Assembly: GCA_963809485.1 (NCBI GenBank)
Contig: CAWEJX010000002.1
Span: 1-12,786, forward strand
DNA: 12,786 bases
Reading direction: 5' to 3'
Origin: an uncultured Acidobacteriota bacterium
GTDB taxonomy: Bacteria; Acidobacteriota; UBA6911
Shown piece by piece: positions 1-5,361 of this stretch. A program made the translations under genes and the position numbers. The notes below the pieces were generated by a model. That model was not told where the DNA came from, searched no databases, and saw only the letters and a program-made list of their open reading frames with translations. Each line of letters opens with the position of its first letter. The first letter of the stretch is position 1.

Positions 1-134
1 GCTTGTCACCATTGAGTCCATCGAATAGTAAGGTCCTGGTTCAGTCGCTCAAATCAAGGATTAGAGGTTGTGAGAGGCTACGATTTGAAGACGCTAAGTT
101 GTAGAAATGATTTAAGAAATGTTCAAGGATTTAG

Positions 135-211
135 TGGCGCACCCGGCCCGACTCGAACGGGCGGCCTGCGGATTCGAAGTCCGACGCTCTATCCAACTGA
201 GCTACGGGTGC
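135..211 (-). tRNA. tRNA-Arg (anticodon UCG)
   Basis: Reverse complement folds as GCACCCG-TA-GCTC AGTTGGATA GAGC-G-TCGGA CT TCG AA TCCGC-AGGCC-GCCCG TTCGAGT CGGGC-CGGGTGC-G-CCA: 7-bp acceptor stem, D arm, TTCGA T-loop, encoded CCA; one T/C mismatch at the top of the anticodon stem. Confidence 0.97.
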
Positions 212-213
212 GC

Positions 214-229
214 TTCATCAGCTGATGAA
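214..229. repeat. Perfect 16-bp palindrome TTCATCAGCTGATGAA
   Basis: Sequence equals its own reverse complement; lies between the tRNA-Arg 5' end and its putative -10 box. Confidence 0.9.
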
Positions 230-258
230 TTCTACAATCTTTGGCACATGCAGCGCAA
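229..258 (-). promoter_or_regulatory. Putative sigma70 promoter of tRNA-Arg
   Basis: Minus strand TTGCGC (258-253), 18-bp spacer, TAGAAT (234-229), just upstream of the tRNA 5' end at 211. Confidence 0.5.
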
Positions 259-468
259 CTTCATCCACGGACAAAAACGTCGATAATCCCATGGCGCAGC
301 CGGGGACAGCTATGTCCAATCTGAGCCCTTAGCTTCCGCACGGTTCTGGTGAAGAAGGCTCCCCAAAGCCGTCCGATAGGCAAATAACTGGTTGGCGATT
401 ATCCGAAGGGTCTGGAGAGATTGACTCAAGACTGCCGGCGAGGATCTCGCGATAATCGCCTTGATACC

Positions 469-517
469 GACTCCGGAGGCCCGTCCATAAATTTTAACGC
501 TGACTTACGCTGAAAAA
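469..517 (+). repeat. ACGCTGA 10-mer repeat element, copy 1 (2 units)
   Basis: GACTCCGGAGGCCCGTCCATA-AATTTT-AACGCTGACT-TACGCTGAAAAA; aligns without gaps to 3154-3195 and shares its ending with 3201-3222. Confidence 0.85.
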
Positions 518-564
518 CCCTTTTGAGGCAACCGATTTGGGGCCATACTGCTGTGCTGTGCGTG

Positions 565-594
565 TTGCTACCTGGAAAGGAATCGATTTATACT
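565..594 (+). promoter_or_regulatory. Putative sigma70 promoter of the ThDP enzyme gene
   Basis: TTGCTA (565-570), 18 bp, TATACT (589-594), in an AT-rich tract ~57 bp before ATG 651. Confidence 0.45.
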
Positions 595-650
595 CATTAA
601 AGAATTTTTTCCTTATTAACCTAAACCATCTTCGCCAGAGGCGGGGGATT

Positions 651-2615
651 ATGAAAGACACGCGCAAAACGGGAGGCAATCCAAAAAAAATGCAATCCTC
701 GCGCAGGTCGTTTCTCGCGGCCACGGCTGCCACGGCCGCTACGGCCGGCACCGGAATTCTGCATCAGGAAAAACTCTTCGGCCAGGCTGCGATTCCAACC
801 ATACGCATTCCCAAAGCAGTGGACGAATCGCTGGCTGCGCCCATCCATCGGCCAAGTTTTTCCGGCAAGGGCATGACCGGGGCCCAGGTTTTCGCCAACC
901 TCTGCAAGGATGAGGACCTCGCGGCCCTGTTCTGCGCGGCAGGCAATTACAGCATTATCAATGCCATCGCCGAAGCCGGAATTCCCTGCTACGGCGGACG
1001 CACGGAAGGAGGAATGTGCGCGGCGGCCGATGGCTTCTGCCGCGTCACCGGCGAAGTCGCCGCCTGCTCGGGCACCGAAGGCCCCGGTCTCACGCACATG
1101 ATCATGAACATCGGCTCCGCGCACTTCGCCAACAGCCCCCTCCTGGTGCTCGCCAGCAACGCGAACCTCAAGTCCGAGGATAACCAGAAGGGGATTCAGT
1201 TCATGTACCAGCAGCCGATCACCGAAGGCCTGAAAAAGTACGGCAAGCGCATCACCGCGCCGAACCGCGTGTACGAATATGGCGCGCACGCATTCCGCCA
1301 GCTGAAATCCGGCGTTCCCGATGTTGTACACCTGGACTTCCCTGCCGAGGTCGCTGCCGAACTCTTCCCCGATTCCTCCAAACTCGAACGCTTCTACAAA
1401 AAAGAACAGTATCGCGCTGAATCGCGAGCCTTCCCCGGCACCAAAGAAGTCCGGCAGGCTATCGATATGATCACCAGGGCGGAGCGGCCTGTGCTCATTG
1501 CAGGGCACGGCATCTTCGTTCGCAAAGCCTGCGAGGCGCTGATGCAGGCAGCCGAAAAACACGAGATAGCCGTCGTCGGATCCGGCCCTGTGCGCGGGCA
1601 CTTTCCGGACGAGCACCGTCTTTCCGCCAGCATGTCTAACGACGCCCTGATGAGCGCGGACCTGGTCGTCTTCGTCGGCCAGTATTCCATGCCGACGCCC
1701 GAAGAGTGGACACTGCCCCCGGGCGTGAAAACCATCCGGGTTCACCCCACGCAGGAGGATCTGGGCCGGAACTGGCCGCTCGACCTGGGCATCGTCAGCG
1801 ACGAGAAAGTTTTCATGGAGGCCCTGGCGAACGGACTCCCCGCCAAAAAGCGCGATTCCTGGGTCCGGGAAATCGCGGCGGCGAAGCAGAAGTGGGAAAA
1901 GGAACAGCTCGCCCTTTACAACACGATGCTCAAATACACCCGCGACACCAACAGCCTCCATCCCTTCATCCTGTGCAAGGAAGTCCACGATTTCCTATAC
2001 AAAGGCGATATCGATCCCAAGCAGACCGTCACGGGATGGGGCGGCAACATGATTGGATTCGCCTGCATGCGATGGCTGCGCGCTCATCGTCCGGGCCAGG
2101 AGGTGACCGTCTGCTTCCAGTTCGGGGCCATGGGACCGGACCTGGCCATGATGATGGGACCCGCCGTGGCTGTCCAAAGAGGCATCGGCCCGCATGCAGC
2201 CTACAAGGGCGCACCGGTCGTGGTAGTAACCGGCGATGCCGGCATGGCCTATAGCCTGCTCGAGCTCGATACCTTTGTCAAATACAAGCTGCCCGTGATC
2301 TGTGTCGTCTACAACAACGACTGCTGGGGAACCTTCACCATGGCGGAATCCTCGCCCCGCGCCCTGCACATGTACCTGTTCCAGGAAAACCTGCGCTACG
2401 ACAAAATGGCCGAACACCTGGGCACGCGCGGCGAGTATGTGCGGACACCCGAGGATCTGCGCGCCGCCCTGAAGCGCAGCTACGACGCAGCCGCCAGGCA
2501 AGGTTATTCCACTCTGATCAATTGCCAGGGAATCAGGGAATTCAATGTCCCCAGCCTATATCCTCCAGGATTGATTTTTGGGCCGGAACCGGGAATCGGA
2601 GCCATACGCCACTGA
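651..2615 (+). CDS. ThDP-dependent enzyme (acetolactate synthase / oxalyl-CoA decarboxylase / 2-hydroxyacyl-CoA lyase superfamily) with putative Tat signal peptide, 654 aa
   Basis: PYR domain GGRTEGGMCAAADGFCRVTG (catalytic Glu position) and EGPGLTH; central domain AERPVLIAGHG and ADLVVFVG; PP domain GDAGMAY...VVYNN (GDG-X-NN ThDP/Mg motif variant). Start moved from 537 to ATG 651 (GGGGG SD at 643-647; ATG 690 is an alternative). N-terminal SRRSFL followed by an Ala-rich stretch. Confidence 0.92.
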   Translation: MKDTRKTGGNPKKMQSSRRSFLAATAATAATAGTGILHQEKLFGQAAIPTIRIPKAVDESLAAPIHRPSFSGKGMTGAQVFANLCKDEDLAALFCAAGNYSIINAIAEAGIPCYGGRTEGGMCAAADGFCRVTGEVAACSGTEGPGLTHMIMNIGSAHFANSPLLVLASNANLKSEDNQKGIQFMYQQPITEGLKKYGKRITAPNRVYEYGAHAFRQLKSGVPDVVHLDFPAEVAAELFPDSSKLERFYKKEQYRAESRAFPGTKEVRQAIDMITRAERPVLIAGHGIFVRKACEALMQAAEKHEIAVVGSGPVRGHFPDEHRLSASMSNDALMSADLVVFVGQYSMPTPEEWTLPPGVKTIRVHPTQEDLGRNWPLDLGIVSDEKVFMEALANGLPAKKRDSWVREIAAAKQKWEKEQLALYNTMLKYTRDTNSLHPFILCKEVHDFLYKGDIDPKQTVTGWGGNMIGFACMRWLRAHRPGQEVTVCFQFGAMGPDLAMMMGPAVAVQRGIGPHAAYKGAPVVVVTGDAGMAYSLLELDTFVKYKLPVICVVYNNDCWGTFTMAESSPRALHMYLFQENLRYDKMAEHLGTRGEYVRTPEDLRAALKRSYDAAARQGYSTLINCQGIREFNVPSLYPPGLIFGPEPGIGAIRH

Positions 2616-2624
2616 TTGGAGTTC

Positions 2625-3119
2625 ATGCGCTTGGCATTAAAAAAGGCTCGCTCTTCCATCGACGAGGTCAACCGCCTGCTCGAGGATTACGCGAAGCGCG
2701 GCGTTTTCCGGGGATTCAGCCGGCAACCCGTGCGGCACGGCGCCGCAGCGTTCAAATTGGTTTGGTTCCACAATTGTGTTTTCGACCTGATTGTGGACAG
2801 GCGGAAGAAAACCATCTCGATCCCTGTTGTCTTGCCTCGCGTGCCGGCCGATATTTATCCGAATTTCAAAGCGTTCGTCCATTCCCACCATGACGAGAGC
2901 CTGCCGGAGCACCGGCGGACCGAAAAAGCCAAAGCGCGTCTGCGATGCTCGAAAAACCACGGCAATGCATCTATCGGAATTACGGTCCGCGATGGTGATT
3001 ATGCGTATGCGCTTCAGAGACTCATCCACCTGGTTCACGAAACCTTTGTGATTTATCTGTTGGACGGGAGATACCGCGATTACGTGGTTGAGCAGCTCGG
3101 CGCCAATCCCGAATGGTAG
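2625..3119 (+). CDS. Hypothetical protein (~164 aa), probably co-transcribed with the ThDP enzyme
   Basis: Starts within 10 bp of the upstream stop (GGAG at 2618-2621; TTG 2616 or 2631 are alternative starts). Protein-like composition with alternating helix/strand pattern; no family recognised. Confidence 0.78.
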   Translation: MRLALKKARSSIDEVNRLLEDYAKRGVFRGFSRQPVRHGAAAFKLVWFHNCVFDLIVDRRKKTISIPVVLPRVPADIYPNFKAFVHSHHDESLPEHRRTEKAKARLRCSKNHGNASIGITVRDGDYAYALQRLIHLVHETFVIYLLDGRYRDYVVEQLGANPEW

Positions 3120-3153
3120 ATAGGCTACTTTTTCCCTGGCGCGTGCATCGGAC

Positions 3154-3222
3154 GGCTCTGGGGGCCCCTCCTCCAATTTTAACGCTGACGTACGCCGATA
3201 AACGCTGACATACGCTGAAAAA
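3154..3222 (+). repeat. ACGCTGA 10-mer repeat element, copy 2 (4 units)
   Basis: GGCTCTGGGGGCCCCTCCTCC-AATTTT-AACGCTGACG-TACGCCGATA-AACGCTGACA-TACGCTGAAAAA; exact 10-bp period. Confidence 0.9.
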
Positions 3223-3232
3223 ATATATAAAT

Positions 3233-3257
3233 CTAATCCCTAATCGCTAATCACTAA
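3233..3257 (+). repeat. 7-bp tandem repeat (CTAATCN)x3.5
   Basis: CTAATCC-CTAATCG-CTAATCA-CTAA, immediately 3' of tRNA-His. Confidence 0.85.
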
Positions 3258-3264
3258 GAGAGGG

Positions 3265-3341
3265 TGGGGTGAGCGACGGGGATCGAACCCGCGGCCGCTG
3301 GAGCCACAATCCAGAGCTCTACCAGCTGAGCTACGCTCACC
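3265..3341 (-). tRNA. tRNA-His (anticodon GUG) with encoded G-1 and CCA
   Basis: Reverse complement G-GTGAGCG-TA-GCTC AGCTGGTA GAGC-T-CTGGA TT GTG GC TCCAG-CGGCC-GCGGG TTCGATC CCCGT-CGCTCAC-C-CCA; G-1:C73 is the bacterial His identity pair. Confidence 0.97.
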
Positions 3342-3362
3342 ACATGCGGAAAATCAGCGGAA

Positions 3363-3371
3363 ATAATAGCA
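3363..3371 (-). promoter_or_regulatory. Putative extended -10 promoter for tRNA-His
   Basis: Minus strand TGCTATTAT (TGn-TATAAT-like) ~22 bp upstream of the tRNA; no well-spaced -35 seen. Confidence 0.45.
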
Positions 3372-3406
3372 CGATTCGCGCAATGCGTGGGCCTTTTTTC
3401 CAGGCT

Positions 3407-4588
3407 CTATTCTCCCAGCAAAGTCTGCCTCAGCGCATTCATCGCCGAGGGCTCCGTTATTGCCACGACCGTGTCATTCGCCTGCAGTTTGCTGTCGCCG
3501 GTGACAATCTGGGACTTGTTGCCCCGCACGATGGCCGTCAGCAGGCAGCCTGCGGGCAGGTTCAAATTGCGTATCGGAACGTTCAGCGCCGGGGAGTCCG
3601 AATGCAGCTGGACCTCCACCACTTCCAGGTTGCCGCGCCGCAGCAGGGAGAGCGGTACGAGATCGCTCGTTGCAACTTCCTGCTCAATCAACTGGTACAT
3701 CAGCCTCGTGGCGCTGATGGTCTCCTCAATTCCCAGCTTGTGAAACGTATCCTCGTTGGCCGGGTTGTTGACTCGCCCGATGGCGCGCGGCACGCCGAAC
3801 CACCGTTTCGCCGCCTGGCAGATGATCAGGTTGTCCTCATCGTCGCCGGTAACGGCAACCACCAGGTCCGCGCGCTCCATTCCCACCTGCACCATCGTCC
3901 GTATTTCACATGCATCGCCGAAAAACACCGCCTCGCCCAGTTCGTCGTGCAGCGCGTGAAAGCGCAGCGGCCGCTTTTCCAGGATCAGCACTTCATCGCC
4001 CTTGCTCAGCAGGGCCCGCCCGAGGTTATGTCCGACCTTGCCGCCGCCGGCGATGATGATGTAGTCCGGGTGGCCGTTCTTGCGGCTGGCGCGCTTCTCG
4101 GCGAGCTGCTTGGGCGTGGGCAGGTTTGCCGCATATAGACGATGCATCTGGTGCGTCAGGTCCCAATATTGATCAATGCTCTGGTAAGCCCGGCCCAGCA
4201 GCCGGTCATGGAAGATGCCCGCTCCAAGAGTCGTGATGCACAGAGTCTCGACTCCCACTTCGCGATAGATTTCCGCGCGCAGTGGGTCGTAGATGCGGGC
4301 CATCACACGCGGCACCTGAAACAGGGTCTTGGCAATCTGCGCCGCCATGATGTTGGTGTTGTCGCCGTTCGTCACCGTGAGGAAAGCATCGGCATTTTCG
4401 ATCCCTGCCTCGCGCAGCACATCGGCGTTGATGCCGATCCCGTTGATGGCGCGCCCGCTGAAATTTTCACCCAGCCGGCGGAATGCGGAGGTGTCCACGT
4501 CTATAATGCTTACATCGTGACCTTCGGAACTCAGCATCAAAGCCAGAGTCGAACCGACGCGGCCGCAGCCCAAAATTACCACACGCAT
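3407..4588 (-). CDS. trkA: TrkA/KtrA-family RCK regulatory protein; fusion of two modules (RCK_N - linker - RCK_N + RCK_C), 393 aa
   Basis: MRVVILGCGRVG...IDVD...AGIENADAFLTVTNGDNTN, then a ~40-aa linker, then YIIIAGGGKVG...ADLVVAVTGDDEDN and an RCK_C-like end (DSPALNVPIRNLNLPAGCLLTAIVRG...GDSKLQANDTV). GGGAG SD upstream. Confidence 0.9.
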   Translation of the reverse strand: MRVVILGCGRVGSTLALMLSSEGHDVSIIDVDTSAFRRLGENFSGRAINGIGINADVLREAGIENADAFLTVTNGDNTNIMAAQIAKTLFQVPRVMARIYDPLRAEIYREVGVETLCITTLGAGIFHDRLLGRAYQSIDQYWDLTHQMHRLYAANLPTPKQLAEKRASRKNGHPDYIIIAGGGKVGHNLGRALLSKGDEVLILEKRPLRFHALHDELGEAVFFGDACEIRTMVQVGMERADLVVAVTGDDEDNLIICQAAKRWFGVPRAIGRVNNPANEDTFHKLGIEETISATRLMYQLIEQEVATSDLVPLSLLRRGNLEVVEVQLHSDSPALNVPIRNLNLPAGCLLTAIVRGNKSQIVTGDSKLQANDTVVAITEPSAMNALRQTLLGE

Positions 4589-4610
4589 GATCGTTCACTC
4601 CCGGCGCCGG

Positions 4611-5164
4611 TTAGCCCGGCACGCTGTCTATCAGAACTTCACAGGGCGGGCGCCGCATCAGCGCATCCGCAGTCCTTGTGAAAATGCTGGGCAGATGCCG
4701 CTCCACGGCCTGCACTCCCAGCACGACGATGTCGCCGCTGTATGTCTGCACAAGCTGGCCAATCCCCTCGCTGGCTTCGCGAGAACGCAACGTCGTCGTC
4801 ATGGATTTAAGGCCATGCCGTTCGACGATGTTCTGAGCATTTTTCAGCGCCTGCTGGGCTCGATCCTCGACGTCGGGCGGAAGCGGAGAATTCAGCGTCA
4901 CCAGGCGCGGCACCTCCACGACATAGGCAAGCACAATGCCGGCGTTCTGCTGCTTTCCCATCCGGCAGGCCAGTTCCACGGCTCTCTCCGTATAGAACAG
5001 ATCCAGGATAGGAACTATGATGCAGCGCGAGGCCTGCACGGAGAAGACGGCCCTGGCCACTTCCTGAGTCATAGCCCTGCGGCAGCCGCAGCATCCAAAA
5101 CAGAGTCAGCCCGAGGATGGCGGCAAACAGAAAGGCAATCAGTAACACCTAACGGATGAGGCAT
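4611..5164 (-). CDS. Universal stress protein (USP); core 4611-5072, with a probable N-terminal membrane anchor interrupted by two apparent +1 frameshifts
   Basis: Core shows the USP pattern IIVPI...AVELACRM...IVLAYVVEVP...GDIVVLG...TADALMRRPPCEVLI. Upstream, SD GAGGTGAT + ATG 5164 gives MPHPLG(V); the next frame gives LIAFLFAAILGLTLFWMLRLPQ; the next gives AMTQEVAR. The core is confident; the 5' extension is inference. Confidence 0.8.
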
Positions 5165-5172
5165 CGCGGCGA

Positions 5173-5361
5173 TCACCTCTGGCGCAGATAGCGCCAACGA
5201 GTAAAACCCAGCGCGAACACAAGCGCACCGACAATCAAGGCCTGAATGGTGCCCTGCCAGCCTAGTCCCTTCCGGACCGTGAATTGCAGGCCCCGGAGAA
5301 GCATGGCGGCACCCAACACCATGAGAAGAATTGCCATGATTTTTCGAAATCGGATCCACAT
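5173..5361 (-). CDS. Small membrane protein, 62 aa, two predicted TM helices
   Basis: Hydrophobic segments IMAILLMVLGAAMLL and IQALIVGALVFALGF with basic termini; its ATG overlaps the permease stop (TGATG). Confidence 0.75.
   Translation of the reverse strand: MWIRFRKIMAILLMVLGAAMLLRGLQFTVRKGLGWQGTIQALIVGALVFALGFTRWRYLRQR

Noticed and set aside
400-425. Glycine-riboswitch-like words CCGAAGG and TCTGGAGAGA upstream of the ThDP gene
   Set aside because: Wrong arrangement and no CTCTCAGG motif; no TPP riboswitch motifs found either.
537-650. N-terminal extension of the 692-aa ORF from TTG 537
   Set aside because: Runs through an AT-rich promoter-like tract; the SD-supported ATG at 651 is better.
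621-1988. 455-aa antisense ORF, and similar shadows at 1995-2501, 5892-6578, 7091-7696 and 9634-10392
   Set aside because: Antisense to well-supported genes in GC-rich DNA; no motifs.
3181-3257. Possible CRISPR array
   Set aside because: Units are 7-10 bp with no unique spacers and no cas genes.
212-3264. Classical tRNA-His-targeted genomic island
   Set aside because: No duplicated tRNA-His 3' end at the left boundary and no integrase gene.
3269-4138. 289-aa plus-strand ORF
   Set aside because: Overlaps tRNA-His and is antisense to trkA.
4807-5148. 113-aa ORF as an independent gene
   Set aside because: Only its first ~24 codons look real (TM helix, assigned to the USP gene); the rest overlaps the USP core out of frame.
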